From Batkoa obscura (lineage: Eukaryota): DNA of 64,000 bases. The translations under genes and the position numbers were made by a program. Below the pieces are notes generated by a model, which made no database searches, had not been told where the DNA came from, and worked only from the letters and a program-made list of their open reading frames with translations. This document shows, in pieces, positions 1-17,080 of this stretch. Position 1 is the first letter of the stretch, and every line of letters begins with the position of its first letter. The stretch covers positions 1,240,001 through 1,304,000 of the forward strand of contig JASVEC010000001.1 of the NCBI GenBank assembly GCA_030770535.1. Direction: 5' to 3'.

Positions 1-3940
<3,940 letters not shown>

Positions 3941-4169
3941 TTAAAAAGAAAACAAAATCATCATTTGAGTAGTTTCATTCTTATTTACCATTTTTGTAAC
4001 TTTAGCAGTTTTGATATGCAAAAATAGTAATGATTTTAGTTAAAAATTGAATATTATTAAGATGTACAAAACATAATGAATATGAAAAAGGTTCTATAAT
4101 AAAAATTGCTACAACTTATATTTATGATTTTAAAAATAATAAAAATCAATAGTCGAAACAAAAAGCACA

Positions 4170-4664
4170 TCAGCTTAAATAATTTAATTTAACAGCCTTA
4201 TTTAATATGCATAAACCAGGAACAGTGAACACTTAAAACTTAAAGATGTGGTCAATGTTTTGTTCCATAAACTGAATAAGGGCATCAATTTTATTTTGGA
4301 CTATTTCTAGTTTGATAAAATTTTACTTTCAGTTTAATATGGTAGTCTAAACTTACCCTTTTCATGTGTCAATTCTTTAATTTTCGTAAGGTTATTGTTT
4401 AGTTCCTTTTCATACTCTGAATTCTGCTGTTGGAGAAATTGAAATAAAGTAGTACAGAATGTTTGCATACTTCCTCCCATCTTATCTAAAATATCTTTTT
4501 ATATATTTATAGTAGTTCATGATGCAAAAAGTTAAATTTAAATTACCTCCTAGTTGGTCTTGTATTTCTTTTGATTGATCTTGAGCTTCATTGAGTAAAT
4601 TCATAACAGCTTGTTCTTCTTCTGTTGAGTTGATATTATTCATTTCGTGTTGATTGTTATTCAT
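4170..4664 (-). CDS. Small hypothetical coiled-coil protein, 3 exons
   Basis: Two phase-compatible GT-AG introns join MNNNQHE...QLG, DKMGGSMQTFCTTLFQFLQQQNSEYEKELNNNLTKIKELTHEK and EIVQNKIDALIQFMEQ...; no family recognised. Confidence 0.6.
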
Positions 4665-4959
4665 TTGAATTTAAATTTGAAAAAGGTAAAAGGATAAAAA
4701 ATACTAAATTCTATCTTATTTAAAAAAATGCATTAATAAATCAAAGTATGTCATTAATAAAATAAAAATACTTTACGAAATAAATAGCAGGTTGAATTAT
4801 TTATTATAAATTTTTACTAAGAACTTTAATTTATTAATAATAATAATTTTAAAAAAAGGACGAATCTCTAGTGATCATAACTCATAAAGACGGACTTAAT
4901 TTACCCTTCTACCTTTAAAACTTAACAACTTTGAATAGTACAACTATTAGGCTTGTTTA

Positions 4960-7888
4960 TTAAGCTTGTCCTGTAGCTGGATCAGCATTAAGTTGTGGAT
5001 GTTGGTTATTATTATTAACATTATTTGCTTCGTTAGCTTCATCTTCTGCCAATTCCTCTTCCACCTGTTCCCTAGCTAAATTACGATTATTATTGTTTCC
5101 CATCCCAAATTGTCTAATATAAACAAGCCAGCCAACAAATAAACATAAGATAAGTATTATATAGTTCTCTGGCTTTGATTTTGAATTGATATCCATATGG
5201 TTTTCAGTTTCATAATCATGATGAAGCTCACTCCATATTTGGTTCTGGTTTTCATCATTTGCGTTCTCATTCATATTGTTTTCTTTAGGATCCTGTATCT
5301 GTTCTTGTTTTGCATTATAATTATTTGCTCCTGTTGATAATAATATTTCTCTTAGATTTAATTTTGCGTCCCCATTAAAAAAATTCTTAAGCTTCTCTAA
5401 TATATTTTTAATCCTCAATTTAAATAATGATAAATTAACCGGTAAGACTGCTTTAGAGTTGCTAACAAGAGATTGATCATACCATCTTTTAGCAAGGTGG
5501 AAATCCTTTAAAATAAATTATTGTTATGTTAATATTAGTATAGATTAGTTTATTACCTTTGGTAGACCTATTCCATATTCATACATCCACCCAATATTCC
5601 ACATTGCTAAAGCATCATAATGTTTTTCAGCTGCATTTTGATAACAGACAGCTGCTTTAGCATAATCTGGGTTACTTAATCCCCATCCATAAAAATAGTA
5701 ATCCCCTTGTTTTACTCTACTATCTGGATTACCTTGATTAGCTGATCGTGTCCAATAAGTTAAGGCTAATTCATAATTAGGCTGTATTGCTGAACCTTGT
5801 ATTTTATTCTTGTCATTATTTTCACTATTTATGTTTACTAATTTATATTTGGCTAAAAATATAAATAAACATTATATACTTATATATTGAAAGAATTTAC
5901 CTTGATCAATAATCCATGCTACATTTTCTTGAGCTATTTCTATACCTGACTCTGCGGCAATTATATAATGAATAAGTGCCGTTTCTATTTCTCCTCTTTT
6001 ATAATGGTGATAACCCATACTCATATGATCAAGATCCCATACCCCTCTTTCAGCTACGGATTTGAATAAAGGTACTGCTAATGTACATGAATGCAGAGAA
6101 AATAATTCGTTAGCGTAATAGTTTGCTAAATGATAACTACCAAGGAAATTTTTTTGCTTTGCAGCTTCTAAAAAATACCTAAAGGCTTTTTCATGCTTCT
6201 CATTTTCCATTTCAACTAAACCAAGCTCTACAAGGGCTTCACTATCCCCTAAGACTAATGCTGCACTAGTCAAATAAGCTAATCCAGTATCATAGGCCTG
6301 TTTAAAGTTATTAAATATTAGATATACTATTAAAATAATTAAATTACTTTTTTGTCATTTTTGTTTTCAAGTAATAATTTTGCAGTCCAATAAGTTGCCG
6401 TTGGGTTTTTCTAAATAAGATTATTCCTTATACTCATTTACTCGGATTAAAATCACTTACCAATTTCCTTCCTTTTTCAAAATGTTTCTTTGCCGTACCT
6501 TTAGAAACAGCCACACCTTCACCCCGGAGATACATTAATCCAAGCAAGGCATAGGCACTACCAATATCCTTCTTTTGTTCGTCAGTCCAAGCTTCCTCAG
6601 GTCCAAGGGAAGGGATATAGTCCATGACTTGATTTAAATATTTTCTAGCGTTTGCAACGTTACGTTCCACGATTTTATTCCCATAATAGTAAACAGAAGC
6701 AAGATAGTAGGTGGCTTGTAATTTACCAGAAGAGGAAAGAAAAACATTGTACTCAATGACTTCATTAAACCCTTGTTGTTGAGCTTCTCTTCCTTTGTTA
6801 CTAAGGTCTTCCAATTTATTACCAAAAACACCCCCTTCGAAATCTGATAAACGAACAGGTCTGGGTGGGAATGATTTTCCACCTGGAGGCCCAGAAAGAA
6901 ATTTTTGGACCGCTTTTTCAAATAATTATATATCTATATTTTGAAAAAAAAACGTATTACCTTCTGCTGCCGCACTTTTATAGTATTCTAAAGCAACATT
7001 ACATGACTTTGGTGCAGAGATACCATTGAAATAACGATACCCTAATACTAACCTAGAGCCAGGATTGTCGGACCTAGCAGAAAAGGTATGATATAGCATT
7101 GACTAATCAAGGATCAAACGGTTCATTTTAAGTTGAATAAATTACTTACCAATCCAAGGTCTTTTTCAATACCTCCAATTCCAGTAGAATAAATAATACC
7201 AAGTAAATGTTGTGCTTTATGGTTTCCATTCAAATCCGATAGCTTTTTAAAATAATTGACAGCTTTTGTAATATTCCTGGGATGAGAATAAGAAGAGAAC
7301 TATCAAACTTTAATATACAATAAAAAAGCGAATAAATAAAACTACTAAATTCATAGCCCCGAGCATATAGATACTATCAGGGTGGTCTAATTCATAAGCC
7401 TCTATCAGCTTTGTAGTAACCTTTTTAAGAAATGGGTCTTTAATTTCGTCTTCTACTTTTTTTTGGCTATCATTTTCTTTATTTTCATCCTTATTGAAAG
7501 CAGAGCGAATAGCATTTTGAATAAGATTAACTGACAAACTTAATATTCCAGACTCTGAAGGCTCAATCTCTTCATTATTGACTGCTGGGTCAAAACTATG
7601 CTTCCTTTCCAAGTTACGCTGGTTCAACATCTTTAATGCCTCTTTATATAACATATCTCCTGATTTTACACTGTCCTCAAGTTGATCTTGATTTTCATTC
7701 TGATTATTGTTCTAGTATAAAAGTGAGTTTCAATTTCATTTATTAAATCATAAAAAAAATTTAAACTTCAATCAAAATTTCTCAATAAGTCTAAAAAAAT
7801 AAGATACCTTCGAAGCAATAACGCTAAGACTTAACAACAGAATACACAGACATCTAAGTGCCCATCTATTTAATCTCAATAAAAGCAT
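4960..7888 (-). CDS. HRD3: Sel1-repeat ERAD membrane protein (Hrd3/SEL1L)
   Basis: Signal peptide MLLLRLNRWALRCLCILLLSLSVIAS; multiple Sel1 repeats (ALLGLMYLRGEGV, IAAESGIEIAQENVAWIID, DFHLAKRWYD); C-terminal transmembrane segment ENYIILILCLFVGWLVYIR. Confidence 0.92.
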
Positions 7889-8542
7889 TTTCAATTCAAT
7901 CCTTATTGATTAAATCTCTCTCTTTTTATTTTAATCGTGAAATAAAATAAAGCTTCTTTAATAAACTGTTTTTATTTTTTCGCCACGTAAATTTTTAGTA
8001 CTGAACTTTATAAAATGTTATGATTTAATTGGTTAAAACCTTAAACTTGGATGGTATTTGAGATGTTGCTTGATCGATTTTGCTTTTTTAAAACAACTAT
8101 GCCACTTTAGTAAATTTCATTTAAGCTATAAAATTTATTACCAAGATTATAGTCTGATATCAAGATTTTTATCTATTATTATTCATAATGACATTATTGT
8201 TGGTAACAAATAGAGGTCTTCTATTAAAAATTGTATAGGAATAACTTTTTTGCTTCAGCTACTTGTTCACTTTTTAACTTAAAATGAGGAAAAACCAATT
8301 AAGTTAATAAGTTAAAAATATATTCATAAATTATATATTAGAATAAGTTAATTAATATTTACTAATAATAGTTAAAAACGCTTTACTAATAAATACTTAA
8401 GATCTGAATTTGGTTTTGTTACTAGTAAAATATAAAAGTAAAATATCAATTTAATTTTGTTATATAGTATAGAATATGAAAGACACCTTTATGAAAGAGT
8501 TTATGTATAAAAATTCAAATGTGTAATCAAACTTGAAACTAT

Positions 8543-9271
8543 TTATGATACTAAGTCGTTTATTGAACCTAATCGTGGTATTAATGATAGAAATAAAGCA
8601 GGAAGACCAACCATAAATAAAAGAAATAAGCTGATTAATTTAACTCGATATAAGCTTATGTTTGGAGTTGAATTAAGAGAAGAGACCTGCTTTGACCCTA
8701 TAAGTTGTACAACCGTTATAGTGGTACCATAGGCAAATAATGATAACATATAATAATATAACATGTCATTTCCTCCTACAAAAATGGCACATGTAATATA
8801 AAAAATAGCACCTAACTGTGGAGAAGTTTCGGCAAGTTTTTTAAAATCATCAAAGTCTTCTCTTTGTTTTACTATCAGAAAAAGGATTACAATTGTAGCG
8901 ACTCCATACTTTAAAAAAAGACCTAACAAAAATACGGGAGTGTTTTTTTTTGATTATATTATTTTTCCATTTTTTAAATGCAATTTGAGAAGAAAAATCA
9001 TTAAACAAAAAAACATATCCCCATATAAAAATTGGAACTAAAACTTAATTTAAAATTACACTTAACTACAACAGAGGTAAATTTAGTTAAATGTACCGTT
9101 GGAATATCAAAAAAGAATAAAAAAAATTTAAATTTATTTAATAAATCTTACTCTTATCTTTTATTTTAATTAATCCTATAGTTAGACAATAATATGCTAC
9201 AAAAACTAATATTAACAGAGATAGTAAAACATCACTTAAATATTTAATTTCAGAATAAAAAGTATAAATAA
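8543..9271 (-). pseudogene. Multi-pass membrane protein gene (partial) with a MITE inserted in a coding exon
   Basis: Exon 9271-9152 (IYTFYSEIKYLSDVLLSLLILVFVAYYCLTIGLIKIKDK) has a phase-1 GTAAG donor and a matching acceptor at 9039-9038. Removing MITE 8936-9022 plus one TSD restores the frame IPIFIFLLGLFLKYG... into ORF 8543-8929. The 5' exon was not found. Confidence 0.55.
8936..9022 (+). mobile_element. Sola-like MITE copy 1 (internally deleted)
   Basis: GGGAGTGTTTT...ATATCCCC; flanks ATAC/ATAT. Confidence 0.8.
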
Positions 9272-9470
9272 CTAAGATAAAATACAAAATGAAAAATAAT
9301 CGAATTTCATTTTTACTATTTCATCTTCCTCATCTACCATAACTACTTTATGTTAATTTTTGATTTTTTGTATTTGTAAATAAAACACTTAGGGGGTTTG
9401 TTCTTTTAAATTTAAAAAACAATTTAATGTGATAACTCAAAACAATTTATTAAACTATTAAATACAATAT

Positions 9471-9569
9471 GGCGATGTTTATTTTGGTTTCATTACTTTT
9501 TCCATTTCTTAAACGCTATTTGAGCGGAAAGATTGTTAGTAAAATTCTTAAACATAAAAATACATCCCC
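9471..9569 (+). mobile_element. Sola-like MITE copy 2
   Basis: Matches family core GGTTTCATTACTTTTTCCATTT..AGCGCTATTTGAGTGGAAGATTGTTAGTAAAAT; flanks ATAT/ATGT. Confidence 0.85.
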
Positions 9570-11401
9570 ATGTATAACAGATACTATTTTACTATAAACG
9601 CTCATTTATAAAACAAAGGCTTTGAATTTTTGCTTTCATTTACTTAATATTTTATGAAATATTTGATATTTATAAAATTGTTTTATTTTTTGATTGATTA
9701 ATAGCTTTTGGTTAAGTATTGTAATTGTATATAAATACATACTACTTTTATAAAAGTTAATATAGATTTTCACTAGTGTTGATTATGTATTCCAGTTTTT
9801 ATTTTTTGTTAATAAATAAATGATTTTTTTTTTAAAAATAATAAAAAACAAAAAATAAATTTTGATTTAAAGTAAAATGACAAGTGTTGTTAATAAAATA
9901 AAAAACTGCTATTTTGTTGAATTTTTTTTCAATTTATTAAGTTTTGAGTTTATTTTTACACAGAAATATTTAGAAAGCCATTATTTCAAAAATATACGAA
10001 ATAGTCATTTACGAGCTTATGTTTTTTCTACTTTAATTAAATATTTAATTACTTACCAAAATTAGTAATAAATCCTTTATAAACATAATTAATAGTTTTT
10101 TTAAATAAGTATCATAAATGAACCAATTTTATAACTCAAACCAAAAAAATGCTTATTTTTATTTTGAGTTAATAGATTTATTATTGAACAACATCTTTAT
10201 ATATGTTTGGTAATACAAATCAAATAAAAATAGGGTAAAAAGATTATAGAGATTTTATTTTAAACCTAAAAGTCAACATTAATAAAATGTGATAATATAT
10301 TGGAAATTAAAAGTAGTTATATTAAAAAAAATCATTTAACAAAATTTCGGTTAAACTGCTTGAACAATTTTAATAATAATTGTAATGCGGTTATGATTAT
10401 TGATATTAAAATAAAATGCATAGTTATGGTTATAGAAGGTATGTATTTTTAGACATTTGCGCTTTGCCTTTTAAAGCGTGATAAAATGAAATCTTATTAC
10501 TTCACGAACTCTATCTACATTATCCCTTTTTTAACACTTATCTACCCCATTTTCTTCCATAAAGAAAAATGTTTGAGGACATATAGGCTCTTTCAAGGTT
10601 GAAGAAACATTTTGATAGTTGTTCTGTTTGTCATATCTATACAGATTTTATAACTAATTAATAAATATATTAAATAATAATAAGCAAGTTATCAAACTTG
10701 CTTATTATTATCCCCTAGTGTTATAAAATGAAATCATTTTAACAAAATTTGTTATTTGTTATGTTAAAGCGATACCCCAAATTATATACTTGCGCTCTTT
10801 ACAAGTTATTTTAACTATTTTTAGTTGCATTTGAACTTTATATGTTTAACAAACTCGCTAAAAGAACTTCGAAAGAATGAATTTTTTTGATTTAATCAAA
10901 GTAATACCATTTATAAAACAGTAACGCTTTAATAATGTTCAATTAAAGAACAATATTTTTGGTCATGTAATAATAATCTAATGTACAAACATAATATTAA
11001 TAAATTATGGTTTTGGCTTTAACCCTTACTGATAGTTGAATTATTAACTTTTCGACCTTCAAAGCAAAATATAAAAGTGTTTAAACAAAAATTAAAAACA
11101 TCAAGGTTTGTACTAAAAAAATAAAGAGGAGATAGAATTAGAAATTTTAACATTATCTAAATGGGTATGATCTTATTTCTGTTAATTTAAATATTATTTT
11201 TTAACTATCAGGTTTAGAAAGTAGACATGTAGTTAAAGAGGTAAGGCGTTCACATATAAATAAATCGATTTCTTTTTTAGTAGATAGGCTAAAAGTAAAT
11301 AAACAAAAATGGTGAATTACAATAATAAAATAAATTTAGGATAAATAAAAATATCTTAATATAGACAATTGAACTAAAGGGTAAATTGAAGCTCGATAAT
11401 A

Positions 11402-11635
11402 TGGGTTAGTTTAAAAGCTCGGTTCAAATTTTGTCCAATTCTGATTTTTAGCAAAAATTGCAAAACACCAAGTATACAAATTTTTTTGCATTTTGCTTAA
11501 TTTTAAAATAACTCATGTAACGTTTTTTGTCTGACTTTGCTTAGTTTTTTAGAGTTTTACGCTATATAGGAAATGGATGAAAAGTGAAATTGGAAAATTT
11601 TATTCTTAATTTAAATCAAACTTTTAAACTTATAT
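11402..11635 (+). mobile_element. ~235-bp TIR MITE (family B), copy 1
   Basis: TIR GGTTAGTTTAAAAGCT.../...CTTTTAAACTT; reverse-complement homolog at 22589-22833; TA at the left end. Confidence 0.75.
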
Positions 11636-12788
11636 TAACAAATAGATACTATAAATTGATTGAAAAAAGATTCTAATTTACTCATTCAAAGCTAATAAAT
11701 TCAAGTTTTAATAAGACGAAAAGTAGGATCACATGGAGATGTGAGCTAAAAAGGCGAGTTAATTTAAACAATTATAAAAGTAAATAATCTAAATATTAAT
11801 AAAAACAATGATAATAAATATTAATTAAATATTTTAATTTAAGAGTTATGAATAATGGAAATAATTGAACTTGTATTATATCCATCCAGTGTTTATAATA
11901 AGTGAACGATATCAGAATGTAACATTCCAAAATAAACAATAGATGCGTTTTTAGTAATGTTATTAATTAAAATGACGCTGATAAATAAATTGGGATTTTC
12001 AATAGTATTATAATTAAACACTGATATATCAAAAAGTATAGATAGATAGACAGTAACTAAATGCTAGCAAAAAATAAGATAGTCTGCTACTATTTTATTA
12101 ATAATTAGGCAAATGTTATACTGATATAAAATGAAATACATAAATGGCAAAAAACTCATTACTGCAACTCTAATTTATCTTAAGACACCAATATCAAAAA
12201 AATATAACATCACATGGAATAATATAATAAAGAGCAACTCAATTCCGATTCATGTATTTTTTCGCTATTACGAAACTTGCGAAAAATTAAAAAATTAATT
12301 TCGCAAATTTATGATAAAATACAAAAATAGGATTTTTGAGCTTCACAATCGATAATCTCGACTCAAAGTTACAACTGTTTCAATTCTAATGCGATATCCT
12401 TAACACTGATTTTTAGAATTAAAAATATGGCTAAAAATATTTTTTAAAGCTTGGTCCTTATATTTTCTCCAAATTTTTGCCTAAGCTCTACTCTTAAATG
12501 AATGGCTAAAAGGCTTAATGAAAGATAAGTTGGTGGTATTGTAGGATTTTATTTGTAATCCTTAAAGAATAAATAAATTAAAACATAAATGACTGATTTC
12601 AAGTTTAATAGGGGTGGACATTGACCGTTAATGTACATAAATAGAAAATGATTTGATAATTTGTTTGAGGCAAGGAAGTATATAAAGCTAAGGCAAAGCA
12701 ATTTATTAATGTTAATCTTATAAAATTACAAAATTACGAACTTTATTTTGTATTTCGATATCATTATTTATCTATCTGTTTACCTACA

Positions 12789-14273
12789 ATGTTACTAACT
12801 TATTTTATTCTTTTCACATTCGCTTTATTCTATTACATCAAAGTAAAATCTAAACCAGATGCCCAAATCCAACATTTATCTAGAGGCAACGGCTTCTTTA
12901 CTTCCCTATTTAATTTTATAAAATACCCAAGCTTAAAAGCAATGAGACTGAATTATTGGCCTTATTTATTTGACTCTAAGTCTCCTATGTTAAGTTGGTA
13001 TTTAGGCAAATGGTGGGTTGTAATAAGTGACAGCACCGATATTAGTAATATCTTTAAGAATTATAACCAAGTTGAAAAATTATTGTTTTCAGAAATATCT
13101 AAAGATTTATTAGTTGTGGATTATATGGGCGAAAATGTACTATATAGCCATACAGAATCTTGGAAAAGACATAGACGTATTATTAACTCTTGCTTTCATA
13201 AAGAAATTAATGTCAACAAATACGAAAAATCAGTCAAAAGACTAATGATTCATTTAAAAAAGAGTAGAAATAAATCCGTTGACGTTCATGATTTGATATC
13301 TAAGACTACATTAGATATACTAGGTAACACCATCATGGGTTTCGATTTGAATTGTTTAGATATTGAAGAAGGTGAATATTCCAAAGCTTATAACTTAGCA
13401 GCAGCGGGGGTATCTAAAGATATTTACTTTTTTTTCCCAATATTAGAAAAACTCAATTTAGAATCACGAATAAGGGAGAGAGAAGCGGTTCATAAATTCC
13501 GTGGTTTAGTTCAATACCTTATTAAATTCAAAAAACTACAAATGTCAAATAACCCAAATAAACAGGAGGAGGATGATAAAGTTGACATGTTAAGTTTAAT
13601 GATCGAAGCAACTATGCAAGAAGAAGTTCATAAAAGATTGACTGATGATGAGCTTATTAACAATATCGTTGTGATGTTTGCCGCTGGACATGATACTACT
13701 GCAAATACCCTTAGCTTTACTTTATACCACTTAGCAAAGAATCAACATATTCAAAATAAAGCACGTAAAGAAATACTTGAGCATTTTAATGGTGATTCAA
13801 AGTACCCGACAATGGATATGGTCAAAGAGATGAACTATGTTGAAGCTATTATTTATGAGAGTATGAGAGTAACACCAACTTTGCCGCAAATTCGTCGTAA
13901 GCTTATTAATGATTATTCATGTAATGACGGTACCTATTTACCAAAAGGTACGAATATAATTTTACAGTCTTATTCCATAATGAATGATCCTAATATATGG
14001 GAAGAGCCCAGTAAATTCTTACCAGACCGATTCTTACAAGATAACCAAATTAACAAAGCTAAAATGAAAGACTGGTATGGTTTCGGCGGAGGTTCTAGAA
14101 TATGTATTGGACAAAACCTTTCAATTATTGAGCAAAAAATACTGATGATGTGCATCCTATCTAAGTTCAAAATCACACTACCATCAAACTCAATTCATTC
14201 CGATGATATCATTACTTCTAAAGGTGTAGTCCTCAGGCCAATCAATTTGCACCTAAATTTTCAAGAATTGTAG
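12789..14273 (+). CDS. Cytochrome P450 (intronless, 494 aa)
   Basis: N-terminal anchor, WKRHR, AAGHDTT I-helix, ESMR (ExxR), PDRF, heme motif FGGGSRICIG. Confidence 0.97.
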   Translation: MLLTYFILFTFALFYYIKVKSKPDAQIQHLSRGNGFFTSLFNFIKYPSLKAMRLNYWPYLFDSKSPMLSWYLGKWWVVISDSTDISNIFKNYNQVEKLLFSEISKDLLVVDYMGENVLYSHTESWKRHRRIINSCFHKEINVNKYEKSVKRLMIHLKKSRNKSVDVHDLISKTTLDILGNTIMGFDLNCLDIEEGEYSKAYNLAAAGVSKDIYFFFPILEKLNLESRIREREAVHKFRGLVQYLIKFKKLQMSNNPNKQEEDDKVDMLSLMIEATMQEEVHKRLTDDELINNIVVMFAAGHDTTANTLSFTLYHLAKNQHIQNKARKEILEHFNGDSKYPTMDMVKEMNYVEAIIYESMRVTPTLPQIRRKLINDYSCNDGTYLPKGTNIILQSYSIMNDPNIWEEPSKFLPDRFLQDNQINKAKMKDWYGFGGGSRICIGQNLSIIEQKILMMCILSKFKITLPSNSIHSDDIITSKGVVLRPINLHLNFQEL

Positions 14274-15555
14274 ATAAATCTATTATTATAACTTATTAAT
14301 AAACTATTTTTTATAACTTCATTTTTAATTAATTATTTTACCAAATTTAGTTACTCCATTGTCTTTTTTTTGAAGTCCGCTTTTAGCGTTTAGTAATAAC
14401 TACCTCAATGCTCATGCTTTCTTTCATCCGGTTTAGTTAAAACTCCTCTTAAATCAAATTTATTTTACTGAATGCTATAACTCTATTATTAACAGAAGTC
14501 ATCCAACTTTAGTTGATAGATTAATTTAATAGCTTATTGCCCTAGTAAAAAACATGACTATTTTCAAAATAAGGTGCTTTCTGGCAAGAATTTATTCAAA
14601 CAGAGTTGTTTTACTCTAAAACTTTTATTTTCATAAAAATTATTTTATAAAGTTAAAATTAATAGCTAAGTTTTTCTATTTATATGCCAAAATAAAACAA
14701 GTTTGAATTTCTTTTCAAAAACGATCTTTTACAGGGATTAAACTCATACATTAGGGGTTTTCATCATATTTTGTGAGCATAAAAACGCTCTTTGGAATTT
14801 TATTTTATTGTTTAGTAATTCTTTTCATGAGTTAGTTTAAGTCTAATGTTTAGATTTTTTTCAGTTTTAATTTGGTACAGAAATTGTAAATTGTGCATAA
14901 TATTATCAAAATAGCCGACTTTTTACTGAACTTTAAGAAAACTAATGGTGTTTTTACTTTAAAACTCAGCTAGTTACCTTTCTAATTTTACCCTGACAGA
15001 AAATGGATAAAATAAGAAACAAATATTCCTATACAAATTATGCAAAGTTTAAATCCAAATCAAATTGGAAGGATATTTCAAAATTAAATAAAATTTTAAA
15101 TTTGCCCATTTATTTTTTCAATTTCAAGCTAAACAAACAAAATGTTCAACCTTTGAATTGAGCAGGATTGAAAGTTGCTTAAAATAAAATATTTCGCCTA
15201 AAAATATAGCCTACTCTAGTTCATTTAAATAAACTTAAAAGCTAAGCTTATTTTAGAGGCATCACCCACCTATACAATATGATGATAAACCTCTATTAAT
15301 ATTTTTATAAAATAAGCCTACACAATTTTTTATTACTTAGTAATTTTCGAATTTTATTTTCTTACCCAACTTTTTATGGGGTAGACCCTAGAATTAAGAA
15401 AAAATTTAGGGTGGGTTTCAAAAATGGCGACAAAATTTAAACATTTAAGGGGAAAGTTAAACTAAGACTTAGTCAAAAAATAGTCAAAAAATAAACTATA
15501 AAAAGCGTAAAAATCAAAGTCAAAGAAAAAGATAAATTAATTCAAATTTAAAACT

Positions 15556-16091
15556 ATGTACTCTAATTTATTAATCCAAGTAAGTAATAATATGTAGCTT
15601 AACTAATGATTATTGATCTTTCTTTTAGCTTTTTATCTTTGGCTTATCATTTCTTGTTTGTAACGGTGACGACTCAAGCTCAAATGCCCCTTTTGGTTTA
15701 GGTTATGGCACTCCAAGTTATACTAATCAAGGTTATTTACGTTATTTCCCTATACCAATTCCAATTGTAAACCTACCACCTGCCACTAACTATAACGGTG
15801 GAAACACAAACAATTATAACAATGGAAATACGAATAATGTAAAATCTTATGTTGGAAAACAATTGATTTTGAATGGAGGTACTAATACTTCTTACGGATC
15901 AAATGTTGTAAGATTAGTTTTAGATTATATTGCTTTAATATTAATACATTCTATAGGTGTACGAATCTAATTTACCTAACCCATACCGTATTGTTAAACC
16001 TGGACAAATGGTTACTATGGACTTTGTACAAAACAGATTAACTTTATACATTGATTCTAATAACATTATAACTAGCGCTGGCTATAACTAA
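15556..16091 (+). CDS. Secreted peptidase inhibitor, I78/potato-I-like, copy 1 (145 aa, 3 exons)
   Basis: Exons 15556-15579, 15629-15907, 15957-16091 with two 49-nt GT-AG introns; signal peptide MYSNLLIQLFIFGLSFLVCNG; Asn/Gly-rich linker; C-terminal LPNPYRIVKPGQMVTMDFVQNRLTLYIDSNNIITS. Confidence 0.85.
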
Positions 16092-16838
16092 TAGTATAAT
16101 TTATTTAAATAAAAAAATAATAAAATTAGCGAACATTTGATTTTTTCATCTCTTGTTTTTATTTTAAGAATCACTACATTACATGATGATTTAGACCATT
16201 TTAATAAAGAATTTTGTTTTTTGTATCCTAATACTTAATATCATTCAACTTACAGGGTCCTGTCAATTCTTTAGTGTGTTTTCTTGATTTTTTTAATTAT
16301 TTAGAAAGCAAAATTTTAATACTTGATGTTTCTAACATGCAATAGATTTTTTCATAACAACCAACTAGTACTTTTGGAATGCTGATGGATCAAAGTAAGT
16401 AAATAACATGTATTGAAACGCTTGTAAAGGAAATAAGCAGTATATGGCACATTACTAACAAAAGCATTATTCTCTTTAGAAAAAAACATCAGACTCATTA
16501 TTCATGTTGTCTAAAAGGAAGTTCTTAACAAAAAACCAACTGATATGTCTTTTCTATTTCATTTTTTTGCCTATTATTTGTTCAATATAAAAGTTGGATA
16601 ATTTACTAATAAAAATTTCAGAAGCTATAAAAATCAAATAAATTTTTTTACAATAAGTATAAGTTCTAAATAAAAATATTCGAACAACTAGCTTTTCAAT
16701 ATGTTATAATACAATGGTAAAAAAGATATTTTTTGTTATTTTGTTATAATTTTAAAAATATTAAAATTCAAACCACCTTTTTAAAGTATGTGAGGTACTT
16801 TATCAAGCAGTGTAGTTATAAAAAATATGAAGTATGGC

Positions 16839-16956
16839 TAACGTGGATTTGAAGACATGAACCAGTATGAGTATAAGAACCATTTTTTGATAGCTGCTAG
16901 TAATTAGGCAAATGGTTCCCGTGCTCATACTGACTCATGTCTTCAAATCCATGTTA
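16839..16956. repeat. Long foldback: 47-bp arms, 24-nt loop
   Basis: TAACGTGGATTTGAAGACATGAACCAGTATGAGTATAAGAACCATTT pairs with AAATGGTTCCCGTGCTCATACTGACTCATGTCTTCAAATCCATGTTA. Confidence 0.9.
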
Positions 16957-17080
16957 TTTTTTAACCCTTTTTATTTACTTATTAAATGACTGTGGGAATT
17001 TTTAAAGTAAAACTATCAATGTTACACTATTTTAAATATTGATTTTTTACCCAACTTTTAGGGGGTAGACTTTAAAGCTA

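Noticed and set aside
10500..10640. Exon-like minus-strand segment (YDKQNNYQ...CPQTFFFMEENGVDKC*)
   Set aside because: In-frame stop, no recognisable family, and it could not be joined to a gene model.
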